Below, one piece after another: positions 41,835 to 53,823 of a stretch of DNA of 64,000 bases. A model generated the notes under the pieces. That model did not search any database. It worked only from the letters and a program-made list of their open reading frames with translations, and was not told where the DNA came from. Both the position numbers and the translations under genes were made by a program. The first letter of the stretch is position 1. Each line of letters begins with the position of its first letter. Source of the stretch: an uncultured virus (IMG/VR IMGVR_UViG_3300006754_000008) (lineage: Duplodnaviria; Heunggongvirae; Uroviricota; Caudoviricetes); IMG/VR virus record IMGVR_UViG_3300006754_000008; one strand, given 5' to 3'.

Positions 41835-43017
41835 ATGCCTATTGTTATTCTTTTATTAGTTCTTATTGTAGTTGGTGGATTAGTGAGTTATCCATATATA
41901 AAAAAACATGCCGAGCTAAAAGAAAGGAGTGATAATATTAAAGGATTGCTTACTGATTCAGATCCAAGTATTAGAAGAAGAGCAGAAGCTCGGAAAACAT
42001 GAAGATGAGTCTCTAGATACTTCATTTAATGATCGTACAGAAGCAAAGGTTTCTGGCTCTGTCCGGATTTTACTTTCTTCCAATTGTGAGATGCTAAAAG
42101 CTATTCATAAGGAATATAAATCACCAAAGGGTGTTATGGAAAGATTGGTTAGACCAACTGTTAGAACTGCTGTACTTTTAACTGGCCCTTATATGACAGC
42201 ATCAGAATCTATTGCTGATCGTCGTGCAGAGTTTCGTAGTCTAATTAAAGATCAGTTAGTTAATGGGATTATTCTTGTAAATAAAACAGAAAAGACTGTT
42301 AAGAATTCTATTACTGGTGAAAATGAGAAGCGTCTTATTGTTACAAAAAGAACTTGTAATCGTTCAGATATTAAAATTGAAAAGATGAAGAAGCTCTGTA
42401 TTGGTGGTGTTTGGCGAGAGCCTTCACCACTGAAGAAGTTTCAGGTCACGACTGATAATTTTGAGTTGGCAGATATTAGATATCCTAAGAATGTTAGAGC
42501 ACAGATTGAATCTCAGAGAAGTGCTCAGATGAGTGTAATTACTCAGCAAACAAACGCCAAATTGGCTAAGGCTCAGGCAATTACTTCAAGAGAGAAGGGC
42601 AAGGCGCAGATTGAAAAAACTCGTGCTCAGCAGGAAGTAGCCAAAACAAAGAAGATTGTACAGGCAGAAGCATCAAAGAAGAAAGCTGAGCTGGATGCTG
42701 AGAGAAAGAAGAATGTTGCTGCGTTTGATGTTCAGACAGCCTCATTAGAAAAGAAAGCGGCTATTCTTCGTGGTGAGGGTCAGGCTCAAGCAAGACGTTT
42801 AAAGATGCAGGCAGATGGCGCTTTGAAGCAAAAGTTAGATGCTTGGGTTAAGGTTAATCAGGCATATGCGGAAGCATTCTCAAAAGCAAGGCTTGTTCCT
42901 GAGGTTGTAATGGGCGGCAGCGTAGGAAATGGTAAAAATTCTACAGTAGATATTGTAGACTTACTTAAGGCCAAAACAGCAAGAGATATTGCTCTTGAGG
43001 CAGGATTGAAGAAGTAA
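41835..43017 (+). CDS. SPFH/band-7-like membrane coiled-coil protein, N-terminus out of frame
   Basis: TM-encoding ORF from 41835 stops near 42002; the body (SFNDRTEAKVSGSVR, Ala/Glu/Lys coiled coil, LVPEVVMGG) is in another frame. Confidence 0.6.
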
Positions 43018-44287
43018 TGAAATAAACTTATTGGCTTTCTTAAGAGAAAGACTTTAGGTTGCGAGGAGGAGAATATAATATGTATTATTAATATTTCTCC
43101 CCTCGCGTTTCAAATTTCAATTTTTCAATTAAAATAAACCGGAAAAATCGTTTGTCAAGACTTTTTTTAAAAAAACTTTTGACATGAAAAGCGAAAATAT
43201 AAATATATATAAAAAATTCGCGCAGGTAATATTTAACATGCTTTCTTTATTAAGGAGCCAATCATGTTGTCAAAAGATCCATATACTTTAATTAAACATT
43301 TGCCAGACCCTATGGAAATAAGTTTTGAAGACGCAGAAAGATTTATTAAAAAAATAAGTAGTAATATTTATCGTGTGGCCGTTGGACAAGTAAAGCAAGA
43401 GCATGCAAGTCGTAATGGATTCATGGACAAAGAAGGCTCGAAAATTATAACGGTCAAAGTTTTTCATTATAATGAGGCGCTTCTGGCCGAATATAAGATT
43501 GTGCCAGAAATAAAGATTAATCATGATGGAACAATTAATCACATTATAAGATCTTTATTTATTCATGGTGGAATGCCACAAGAAATAGTAGTATATGTTG
43601 AGGAGAAAAATTCTGGGTTGCACTGTGCCAATCTGAAAGTCCTTGGCATTAATGAAACAATATGGGGACCAGAAGAGGAAATTAAGGAGATTGTAGAGGC
43701 AATAGAGCTAATTGAAGAAACGAAGCAAGCTATCCTTGGACGACTGAAGCTGGATGGTATAAATGTATATTAAATGTCACAAATGTCACAAACCAATTCA
43801 TTATATTAATATTATCATTTCACCTGATAAGACAATTGAAACTAATATATTAGCTATTGGAAATATGAAACTCCAAGATCTTTGGGGGGCAGATATTAAA
43901 TGTGATTGTGGCCATTCCCATTCTGGCCCGATAATTGATTCTCCAAAGGGAATTCGTATAGGGCAAGCAGAATATGAGGTAATAAAATGAATAAAGAAGA
44001 ATTAATAAATAAGGCGGTAGAAAAAGTTTTATCTTTTCCTTTAGGTAAGTGGGAATTAAGTTTTAATAGCGAGCTATCTTGTGAAGAAAAAGGTATGCGA
44101 ATAAGACTGAGAAAAAATAATATAATTTCCATTGACAATGAGCTTAAGATCACAGCATTTGAGGGTAATGAGAAAACAGAACAACTTTATGAGACAATTA
44201 CTGCTGGCTTTATAGAGATAGCCAAAAAGAAACAAGAAGAAGTGGAAATGCAAGTCTTAAATGATTTCTTAAATTGTAGTTTATAAA

Positions 44288-44860
44288 ATGATAAAGATAG
44301 CTATAATTGGCACAGCAGGTAGAAAAACAGACGGTGTTAAATTAAATCGTACTATTTATCAAGCAATAATAGAAGATGTAAGACATAGATTAGAAATTGT
44401 TCGTGAACCAATACATTTAGTATCAGGTGGCGCTGCATATATGGACCATCTGGCCGTTTTAGCTTATCTAAGAAAATTTCCTAATGTAGAATCACTTGAA
44501 CTATTTTTTCCTTGTAAATGGCAAGATGAAATGTTTCAAAGAAATGGAACGCAGAGAAAATCTACTGCTTCTGTATCCAACAATTATCATGAAAAGTTTT
44601 CATTAAAAATGAAAGGAGAAAAAGATACAAGTTTAAAGCAAATACAGAGAGCATTAGATAATGGCGCAAGGTATCATGAGCGAAAAGGGTTTTATGATAG
44701 AAATCTTGATGTAGGATATGTTGATTATATTCTTGCTTATACATTTGGGAAATCTTTATATCAGCCAAAAGATGGTGGCACATTTCATACTTGGAGTAAA
44801 TTAAAAGCTCTAACAAAGATTCACATACCAATAGCTTTAATAGGAGAAAACAATGGCTAA
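44288..44860 (+). CDS. SLOG/YspA-like nucleotide-binding protein
   Basis: IAIIGTAGR, LVSGGAAYMD, RN, DGGTFHT. Confidence 0.65.
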   Translation: MIKIAIIGTAGRKTDGVKLNRTIYQAIIEDVRHRLEIVREPIHLVSGGAAYMDHLAVLAYLRKFPNVESLELFFPCKWQDEMFQRNGTQRKSTASVSNNYHEKFSLKMKGEKDTSLKQIQRALDNGARYHERKGFYDRNLDVGYVDYILAYTFGKSLYQPKDGGTFHTWSKLKALTKIHIPIALIGENNG

Positions 44861-45026
44861 AGAAGATCTTGAGAAAATTAAAACAGACCTTGATTACGCT
44901 AAGGACTATCAGCGTTCTGCTAGAAAAAGAGCAGAGCGAGTTGGAGATAAAGAAGGAGCGGCAAGGATTAAAGAGGCAGAGGAAAAGAATGATGAGGTAA
45001 GAAAGAGTTTCGATAGAGACATGTAA
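44853..45026 (+). CDS. 57-aa protein, paralog of 15073..15282 (absent from the ORF track)
   Basis: MAKEDLEKIKTDLDYAKDYQRSARKRAERVGDKEGAARIKEAEEKN; AGGAG RBS. Confidence 0.7.
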   Translation: MAKEDLEKIKTDLDYAKDYQRSARKRAERVGDKEGAARIKEAEEKNDEVRKSFDRDM

Positions 45027-45405
45027 GAGCTAGTCTTAAAGGTCACAATTTTGTGGCCTTTAAGCATTAGTAAAGCATTTTACCCAATTATAAATAGGAG
45101 AAGGTTATGGAAAGATTAAAAAATATTATTCTAAAAATTGGTTTGTTAAATCATGGAACAACATAATCTTTTATTTATAGCTCTTGGGGTAATAATTATA
45201 TTTGCGATAATATATATGCTAGCAACAATTGACTTAAGCCAGTCAAATAAAAATATTTGTCAAGAATGGTGTCCGGAAGTAATTGAGCACTATAAGCAAA
45301 GAAAAAATCTTATTTGTGGTTGTAAAGAGGGAATAGAACTAAAATACTATATTTTTTCTGACGAGCTACTTAAAGAATTAAATGGTGACATATAAAGGAA
45401 TTGTA

Positions 45406-45869
45406 ATGCCCCAAGAAATAGAAAGAAATTTATAATTGATCCTATAAAATTGTTAAGGTGTGAGAAAAGTTCATTTGTTTTCTCTAATATTATAGTTCAA
45501 CATTATTTAGAGTCTGCTAATAATCAAACTATAAGAGTAAGAGAATATAATAAAAAGACCCATGAGTTATGTATAAAATTTATTCAATCAAAAATGGAAC
45601 GACATGAGATTGAATTTGTTATTGACCAAGATATTGCCAAAGAGCTAATAGAACATTCAATTGGTTTTGTGATTAAAGTTAGACACAAGCTAAAATATGA
45701 TTCTAAATTTTGGGATATTGATATTTATATAGATCCACTAAATTTATATATTGGGGAAGTTGAATTATCCCACGAAGATGAAGAAGTGGAAATTCCAGAT
45801 TGGGCAATAAAAGAAGTAACTGCCACTCCCGGATTTTCCAATTATGAACTAGCGACCAGTAGGAGATAA
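45406..45869 (+). CDS. CYTH-domain protein with -1 frame break after EIER
   Basis: MPQEIER at 45406, then RVR, RHEIE, KVRH, WDID, EVEL, SNYELA in the -1 frame. Confidence 0.75.
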
Positions 45870-46210
45870 TAATGAATTCACAAAGAATGATTAATTTGAC
45901 ACATAAGAAAGCAACAGATATGATTGTTCCAACATCTTTTAATCAGCATCAGACATATCATGGTCATTTGCGTAGAAAAGAAGTATTGGAATTCTGCGAT
46001 GTTATGGATATTCCCAAGCCAGAGAGTTCTTATTTTCAAGTTTTTGTATCAACTGGAATTGATATAGAGGACGAAAAGCTTAAGTTATCGATGACCGCTT
46101 TAGCTTATTCTGATAATGCATGTGAAAATATCTTAACTGAAATTAGTCCTGATATAGAATCAAGAGTAGAATCTTGGTTTAAATAATTGATAAATTCTTA
46201 TTTGGAGGAT

Positions 46211-47242
46211 ATGATGGAAGAAAAAAAGTTTAATGTTGGCGACAATGTTTGGATAATACCAGGCTTTAGCGAAGATGCTTTGATTGCCATTAAATGTTGC
46301 ATACTTGATATTTTAGATAATGAGGTTGTTCTTGATGAGCCTTTGGGGCACACAATTTCAATCTCCAACCTATTTAATTCTAAAAGTGAAGCAAAAAAAG
46401 AATTATATAGCAGATGGGATTCTTTGAGAGAAGAAAATAAAAACTCCGCAAGTGCCTCAGTTAATACAACAATTAGAAATTTCAGGAATTATTATATTGA
46501 GAAGCTAGCTTCTTTTAACAATCAAGATGTAGAAGAATATCGACAGGAAACGTGGGAAGGAAAACTTAAATATAAACGACCAAAAAAAGAATGGTTTAAT
46601 ATCCGAGATATGAAATTAGAAAGAAAAGCTAAGGGAATTATGAGCGATTTTCATTATAAGAAATTATCAAAGTTTATTGCTTTTCTTCTCAGGCATAGCC
46701 CAGAATCTGGCAATCTGAAACTGGATAATATGGGAGCTTGTAAAATAGATGATCTATTAAAAGTAGTTCAACAACACATGAAGTTTAAGGTTACAAAAAA
46801 GAACATTGAGCGCCTTGCTCGTCTATCAAACGACCCTAGAGAAAAGCAAAGATATATTATTGAAGGAGAATATATTAGGGCAGGGCATGGTCATTCAATA
46901 GAAATTACAGATTATAAGCAAGTCTTTCCCACTGAAGATCTTTATCACGGAACGCCGTCTTATATAGTTGATAAAATAGTACAAAGTTCTTTAAGTAAAA
47001 TGACAAGAGATAAGGTTCATTTATCTTATGATGAAGCCATTACCTTAGAAGCTGCTAGAAGAAGAAGTAGAAATGTTACATTACTTCGTATAAATATAGA
47101 AGATGCTATACAGGCAGGAATTATGTTTTATGAATCAGCAGATCCGAGAATTATATTATCAGAGGATATTCCTTCACAATTTTTAGAGAAATTAGAAAAT
47201 GAGGAATGGATTAGACTAGTTCCCGAAATGACAATGATATGA
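46211..47242 (+). CDS. kptA: RNA 2'-phosphotransferase (Tpt1/KptA) fused to an unknown N-terminal domain
   Basis: LSKFIAFLLRHSP, QRY, IRAGHGHS, LYHGT, VHLS. Confidence 0.85.
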   Translation: MMEEKKFNVGDNVWIIPGFSEDALIAIKCCILDILDNEVVLDEPLGHTISISNLFNSKSEAKKELYSRWDSLREENKNSASASVNTTIRNFRNYYIEKLASFNNQDVEEYRQETWEGKLKYKRPKKEWFNIRDMKLERKAKGIMSDFHYKKLSKFIAFLLRHSPESGNLKLDNMGACKIDDLLKVVQQHMKFKVTKKNIERLARLSNDPREKQRYIIEGEYIRAGHGHSIEITDYKQVFPTEDLYHGTPSYIVDKIVQSSLSKMTRDKVHLSYDEAITLEAARRRSRNVTLLRINIEDAIQAGIMFYESADPRIILSEDIPSQFLEKLENEEWIRLVPEMTMI

Positions 47243-47285
47243 GCTTAAAAATAAATCAATGTTTTGACAAAGAAAAGATTAGGGT

Positions 47286-47657
47286 GTGAAGATATTGAAC
47301 AAACCTTTTATGGAGTTAACAAGTAAACAAAGGAGTTTGCTATATAATAATTTTACATTATCCACAGAATCTTTCATGAAAGAAGAGATTGATATAAATG
47401 CCGAAGACATTGATACTTTCATTGCTATTAAAGATGAAAAAATGGTTGGCTGGGCTACTGTAACTGGGTGGACAAAAGAATGGAAGTTGTTTATGGTTTT
47501 TATTAATCCAAGATATAGAAAACGTGGTATAGCTTTAAAGTTAGCTAAAACTGTAAAAGGTAAATATAAAAATATTGGAATGATCCGAAATGACGATAAT
47601 AGAAATTTTGTTAACATAATAAATAATATAATTGGTATATACATAGAAGAATTATAA
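47286..47657 (+). CDS. GNAT acetyltransferase-like protein
   Basis: VFINPRYRKRGIALKL motif A. Confidence 0.75.
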   Translation: MKILNKPFMELTSKQRSLLYNNFTLSTESFMKEEIDINAEDIDTFIAIKDEKMVGWATVTGWTKEWKLFMVFINPRYRKRGIALKLAKTVKGKYKNIGMIRNDDNRNFVNIINNIIGIYIEEL

Positions 47658-47673
47658 GACTTAAGTAAGGAAT

Positions 47674-48144
47674 ATGATGGATAATACAATTCAAGCAACT
47701 TTTGAAGAAATAATAAGCGGAGAAAAAAGTTCTTTGAGAAGTAATAGCTCTACAGCATTCTTTAAAAGAATAGAATGTAAAAAAGGAGATCTGTCCATAC
47801 AGGCCAGTCATTTTCATTATTCTTTGCCGAGAGACAATATTGGTCCTTATACTCATGTAGAAGTTGGATTTCCTAAACCATTACCAAGTGGGTGGGAAGA
47901 ATGGGATGATGGATATAGTGATAAAGGTGGGGGGAAAGTATATTATTATGTTCCAGTAGAAAAAGTTAAAGAGTTTATTGACTTCCTTGGTGGCGAGGTT
48001 GGAATTAAAAATAATAAAGATAATAAAGATAATATTAATAATAAGGAAAAGTATTGTATTTGTGGTGGACCAGAAAAAGAATATGTTGGATTTAATAGTA
48101 GGATAATGATTTGTTCTATATGCGGCAAGGATAAAAAATGTTAG
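47674..48144 (+). CDS. protein with shared C-terminal CxCGGPEKE Zn-ribbon module
   Basis: N-terminal LSIQASHFHYSLPR..YTHVEVGFP; C-terminal module. Confidence 0.75.
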   Translation: MMDNTIQATFEEIISGEKSSLRSNSSTAFFKRIECKKGDLSIQASHFHYSLPRDNIGPYTHVEVGFPKPLPSGWEEWDDGYSDKGGGKVYYYVPVEKVKEFIDFLGGEVGIKNNKDNKDNINNKEKYCICGGPEKEYVGFNSRIMICSICGKDKKC

Positions 48145-48500
48145 AAGCATATAAAAAAGTTAACGTAACATTTGGAGATCAAGTAAGAGTAGAAACAGGT
48201 TATGAAGAATTAATCATTAAAGTCATTCATCCAAAAGATGTACATTTCGGTATTAATAATCATGGCGATAAATATGTTTATGGACGTGTAATTGATCCAC
48301 TTAATTCTTCACACGATCTTGATGACATAGATGGTTGGACACCTGATTATTGTAATTTTATTATTATAAATAATAGCAATTGTAGTAATGAAACGAGTAA
48401 TCAGTTTTGTGTATGTGGTGGCCCAGAAAAAGAATATGTTGGATTTAATAGTAGGATAATGATTTGTTCTGCTTGTGAAAAGGATAAGCGAAATGCTTAA
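48138..48500 (+). CDS. protein with shared C-terminal CxCGGPEKE Zn-ribbon module
   Basis: FCVCGGPEKEYVGFNSRIMICSACEKDK. Confidence 0.75.
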   Translation: MLEAYKKVNVTFGDQVRVETGYEELIIKVIHPKDVHFGINNHGDKYVYGRVIDPLNSSHDLDDIDGWTPDYCNFIIINNSNCSNETSNQFCVCGGPEKEYVGFNSRIMICSACEKDKRNA

Positions 48501-49296
48501 AATACTAGGACTTAAATGTCCCAAGTGTAAAACAATTATATATAGTCGAGCAGTACATGATTTTCGATGGTGTCCTTGTCAGGAAATTGCTGTAGACGGA
48601 GGATTTGATTACTTAAAGGGTACTTATAAATCTGCAATTCCTAAATCTGTTGAGTTTTCTCTTGACATAACCAAAGAAGATTTATATAATGATTGGAACA
48701 AACGAATAAATAAATTTGGAATTTTAGAACCTGAAGCTCAAATAATGACAATTATAGAATTAAAGGATTAAGTGTGAAAAAAATATTTCATTGTGAATGT
48801 GATCAGTTAGAACATACATCAAGATTTACATATTATCCGGAAGATGATGAGTTATATATTGATACAACATTAATGAATCACAATTCTTTTTTTAAAAGGA
48901 CTTGGATTGGACTTAAATATATATTTGGTGTTGTCCCAAATGATGTTGATTTTTTTGATTGTACATTATTATATGGTAAGAGGATTGACGACTTAATTAA
49001 TACTCTTACTGAGTGGAGGAATGAAAATTTTCCTAAAGAACAAAAACCATATCTTTACAAATCAGGATTTAAAGAAGGAGAAAGGGTTGTTATTGTAAAA
49101 CAATCAAATAAATATAATCGACATATCTATCATGAAATAGGCAAAGAAGCAACGGTATTAGAATGTCCAAGCGAAGATTGGCCAGATGATGCAGTACAGA
49201 TTAATATTGGTAATGGGATTGGTGCTATAGATATCGATTGTTTAAAAAGAGTTCTTAAATAAAGGAGGTAATAGATAAGTAAAAATAGGTACTTAT

Positions 49297-49662
49297 GGGC
49301 CTGACCAGGTTTCGACATTGGAGAACAGCGGTGAGGTTACAAGCAAGGGGTTTCATTGTGTCCCTTTGATTCACACATTGAATTTTATACTTGGCGAAGA
49401 TACGCAACTCCCTCTAGCTGCCTAGGTAGCATATAAAGAGCGTCTTACCCTTCTCCCGTCTGATGACTAGGAGTAAGGCGTCGATGAATCAGACTGGTTG
49501 TATATTTTGTAGGTTGAATATATAATAAGAAACAAACTTAATAACTGGAACGAAGCCTGTTAATGGGCGACAATCTAGCGACAACTCAAATCATTAACTA
49601 AGCTTGTAAGCAATACTTTATGACTGCTCTGATGGACGGCGGTTCGATTCCGCCCAGGTCCA
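49297..49662 (+). ncRNA. ssrA: tmRNA
   Basis: 5' GGGCCTGACCAGGTTTCGAC, 3' GACGGCGGTTCGATTCCGCCCAGGTCCA; tag frame 49393-49425 GEDTQLPLAA*. Confidence 0.93.
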
Positions 49663-49737
49663 ATTCCATAAACCATTCTGAGCGAATTCTATTAATAATT
49701 TAATATTAAGTTAGATTATTATAGGAGGAGTTTTAGA

Positions 49738-50292
49738 ATGGTTTATGATGTAATAGAATTAGATTGTGATTTTTGTGGTAATAAGTTTAAGAAAAAATTA
49801 GCAGAGCACAAAAGAAGTTTAAAAGTTGGTAGAATATTAAAGTTTTGTGATCGAGTGTGTGCTTGTAAACATCACAATAAAATAAGACCACAGAAGGGAA
49901 ATCCAAAAAATCTAAGTGCTGGAAATAGAAGAGATGAATTTACACCTTTTAGATATTATTTAAATAAGGCAAGAAATAGAGATAAGTATAAAAAAAGATT
50001 AGATCAAATGAACCTTACTCTAGAATATTTAAAAGAGTTATGGGAAAAACAAAAGGGTTGTTGTGTTTTTTCAAATAATAAATTAATTCTTCCAGAGAAT
50101 TGCGAAGGCTGGAAGGATATATCTCCCCGTAGTGCTAGTCTTGATAGAATAAATAATAGTATTGGATATGTTCAAGGCAATGTAAGATATATATCTTTTA
50201 TGGCAAACATAGCAAGAAGAAATTTTTCAGACAATCAAGTTATAGATTTTTGTAAAAAGGTAGCATTCAATTATTCTAATAATTCCTTTTAG
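49738..50292 (+). CDS. HNH-like endonuclease
   Basis: QKGCC...SLDRINNSIGYVQGNVR...AN. Confidence 0.8.
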   Translation: MVYDVIELDCDFCGNKFKKKLAEHKRSLKVGRILKFCDRVCACKHHNKIRPQKGNPKNLSAGNRRDEFTPFRYYLNKARNRDKYKKRLDQMNLTLEYLKELWEKQKGCCVFSNNKLILPENCEGWKDISPRSASLDRINNSIGYVQGNVRYISFMANIARRNFSDNQVIDFCKKVAFNYSNNSF

Positions 50293-51954
50293 GCCACCTC
50301 TTAATTGAGCGTGGCCTTTAGTTATTAGGAGGAAAAAATGATCAGACACATTGTGCTGACTCCATATGATTTAGATAATTTTAGAATCAAACATCGTTCA
50401 CAACAAGACGCAGTAGAACTATATATAAACTGGGCAGAAGAGCAAGGATGGGAGTTAGTAAGTCATAGTATAACTAAAGATTTCAATCATTATAATAAAA
50501 AACATTTTGATTTTGCGACAACATGGCATTTCTTTTTTAGAAGAAAGAAGTTGTCATTTAGAGATCCAGATTTTAGAAGGGAATAAAAAAATGAAAACCA
50601 TTAAAGTAGAATTTGGTATTTGGGCAAGCAATGGGCAAGATGGAAGTGTGAGTATATATCTTCTTAAAGATCCAGATAAGATTGAAGAATTTTTAGATGA
50701 ACAAGATGTTGATCAAAGATTTAGTGAAGATATAAAAACATTTACGTTAAAAATTAATCCCAAAACAGGTAAAGTTATTGGTGATTTTGAAGATGAAAAT
50801 ATTAAAGAAGTTTATGAGGATTAAATAAATGAAAGAAAGAAGAACAATAAATACATTTCTTGGAAGCACAGAATTTACTTATACATTTAATTCTGATTAT
50901 TCGGGAAATTTAGAAGTAAATATATTTAATACAGATGGAATTGCCACTATGTATATTCCGCTAAGAGATATCTTTTTAATCTCCAAAGATTATTTTATAG
51001 CAAAAATTGGCAGTGTATTATTTGGAGATATAAAATGAAAATAGATGAAGAATATTTTGATGAATTACTAAAGTCAAGGCCATTTCATAAAACATATTCA
51101 AATTATAAAAAACTTTTAAATATGGATAAGACCGCCAATTGTAAGGCGAAAGTGAAACCAGGAGATGTTGTTCAGACTTTTGCAGGAGAAGTTAAAGTTG
51201 GTATAGTAGTAGATTTAACAATTGTAGAAAAACATACTGGATTAGAAATGGATCGAATGAAGTATGTTTATGTTAATATAGATGGAACTATTAAGGCTCT
51301 TAATCCAGACCTTGTAGATAGGCTAGCAGAAAAACATAGACCAAAAGAAATTTGTAATAAGTGCGGGAGTCCACTAAAAGAAATATTTTTATTTACATCG
51401 TCAGCAAAAGGATGTCCAAATTGTGGGTGAAAAATATAAAGTAAATTATTATTAATAAGAGAAAAATAAAATGCTAAAAATCATGCGTGAATTTTTTATT
51501 GATACATTTTATGATAATATGTATCACTTATCTGACAAATATAAAAAAGCTGCGGCCACTATATCAGTAATAATTACAGTACTTGGTTCTATTACATTAG
51601 GAACAATAGTGATTTTCACAGACTTAGCAAAGGCAGGTTGTGCCATTTCAATTCCATTTTTTAGCTTAATGGGTACAGGAATTTGTGGCCTAGGTTTAGG
51701 ATTGCTATCAATAGTGTTTCTCGGACTTATCACTCATATAGGACTTGCGGCTATACCAGAGTGGATAATTAATGAAAGAAAAAATTGGAAGAATGGAAAA
51801 AGAACTACTCTTATTAATAAAGCAAAAATAATAACTGATTGGTTTAAAACAAATTGGAAAACAATATTAATAGTTATAGCTTGTATCATAGCAATTATGC
51901 TATCTTCATATCTCCTAGGATATTTTGCTTGGTTAATTGCCTGTTAGGAAAAAC

Positions 51955-52680
51955 ATGGATAAGTATATAGATTGTCAAGAATGTAATGGAACTGGGATAT
52001 GTAAAAGATGTAATGGGGATGGAGCCGAGCCATATTATGGATATGATTGTATTGAGTGTGACTTAGATAGCAGATGTCAAGTATGTAATGGTAGAGGAAC
52101 TGATCCCCGAATAATTAGAACAGATATTGGAACAGTTGGCATTAGTAAGTTTGTTGCGAGACAAACGGCAGAGTCGCGTTTTTCATATTATGATGATTCT
52201 ATAGATATATTACAATTAATAAGAGATTATATTGACACAAAGGTGTCGAAATATCGTCCAGATATTCTTGGAATTATTGTTCCGCCAGAAGGATTTTTCT
52301 CTTCGATTGTTGAGATGAAAGAGGGTGACAAATTAGTGGGGAAATTTGTTGCTCGAAAAGAGGGAGAAGATCCTAGAACGCAGATTGGAGTTGTTGGTGG
52401 AGAAAAAATACCTGCCAAGTTTGTAGAAGTTATTCTTTATTCTAGAGAAGCATTAGCGGAGGGAAGTGAAAACAGCCTGGATGTTGACTGGGAAATTATT
52501 TCAATTAATGCTTCTCCTGTTGAGAACGAAAATGTTCCATTGCGTCCAATGACTTTAGTTTCAAATCATTTTGAATTAAGTGGTGGAACTGCAACTAATA
52601 TGTCTGAAACAGAATTTATTGTGGCATTAAAAGAATCTATGGATTTCTGGAAAAATAAAGGGCTGGTGGCAGATGTCTAA
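51955..52680 (+). CDS. DnaJ-type Zn finger fused to a DUF3228-like domain
   Basis: CxxCxGxG repeats; AKFVEVILYSRE..DWEIISINA. Confidence 0.6.
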   Translation: MDKYIDCQECNGTGICKRCNGDGAEPYYGYDCIECDLDSRCQVCNGRGTDPRIIRTDIGTVGISKFVARQTAESRFSYYDDSIDILQLIRDYIDTKVSKYRPDILGIIVPPEGFFSSIVEMKEGDKLVGKFVARKEGEDPRTQIGVVGGEKIPAKFVEVILYSREALAEGSENSLDVDWEIISINASPVENENVPLRPMTLVSNHFELSGGTATNMSETEFIVALKESMDFWKNKGLVADV

Positions 52681-53823
52681 AATAAAAGATATAATTGGAA
52701 AAGACAAATATAATGATATTTTACGAGAAGCATCTTGGTGGTTACCGCATGATATTCGTGAACATTTAGAAATAACTACTAAAGTATTATTCGATGCACT
52801 TACTAGTGAATGCCCAAAACTTTTTAATAAGGAATATAAAATTTAAAATGGATCATAGAGATATACAATCAAGAACTTCCCATTGGTATGATAGCTTTAA
52901 TGAGAATCAAATGTTAGCCACAATAGATGAATTAGAAGTAAATGATGAAATTATAGATGTTTCAGTTTCATGTATTTTCCAAGTTTGTCCAACTTGTGAT
53001 GGAAAGGGTCATCATGTTAATCCATCTATAGACTCAAATGGAATAACTGCTGAAGAGTGGAATAGAGATTGGAGTCATGAAGATCGTGAAAATTATATAA
53101 CTGGATTCTATGATATTGACTGTTATGAATGTTGTGGAAAAAGAGTTGTTCCTATTCCAGACAAATATACGAATAAACCAGAAATATTAAAAGCTATAGA
53201 AGATGCTGAACATGCTGAGTATATATATGCTTGTGAGAGAATAAGAGAAGTAGAAATGGGATATTAATGGAACTTTTAACAATAGTATTTGTTGTTTTTA
53301 TATTTTCATTTATGTTATTAATATTACACAACATAAGGGAAGCAAGAAAAAACTTGAATAGTCATTTAAAATCAATAAGAAGAATACGTAAGAATATAAA
53401 ATTATCAGAAGATAGAGCAGATGAAATTACAAAGACTACAACTTACGATTCTCATTCGGAATCTGGTAGTGGTTGGGATGATCAAGAGGTGAAATAATGA
53501 CCAAATTTGAAAGAAAAAAGTTTTCTGAATATTATGGTAGTAAAAAATATTGTGATGGATGGGAAAGAATATTCGGAAATAAAAACAAAGATAAGATGGA
53601 AGATGAATCAACAGAACATTATAACGCATGTAATACTAATTTTGACGGTTCATGTGACTGTGGACTAATTGAACAAGCTGATCCTGAAGCAAAGGAAAAA
53701 TGTTCCAATTGTCATTTTAGCACAAATCAAAGTTTATATCCTGATAAGCTGATGTGTGCTTACATTGGTACTTCATGCCCGAAGGATTATTGTTGTCAAA
53801 ATTATAAAATAAAGAAGGAATAA

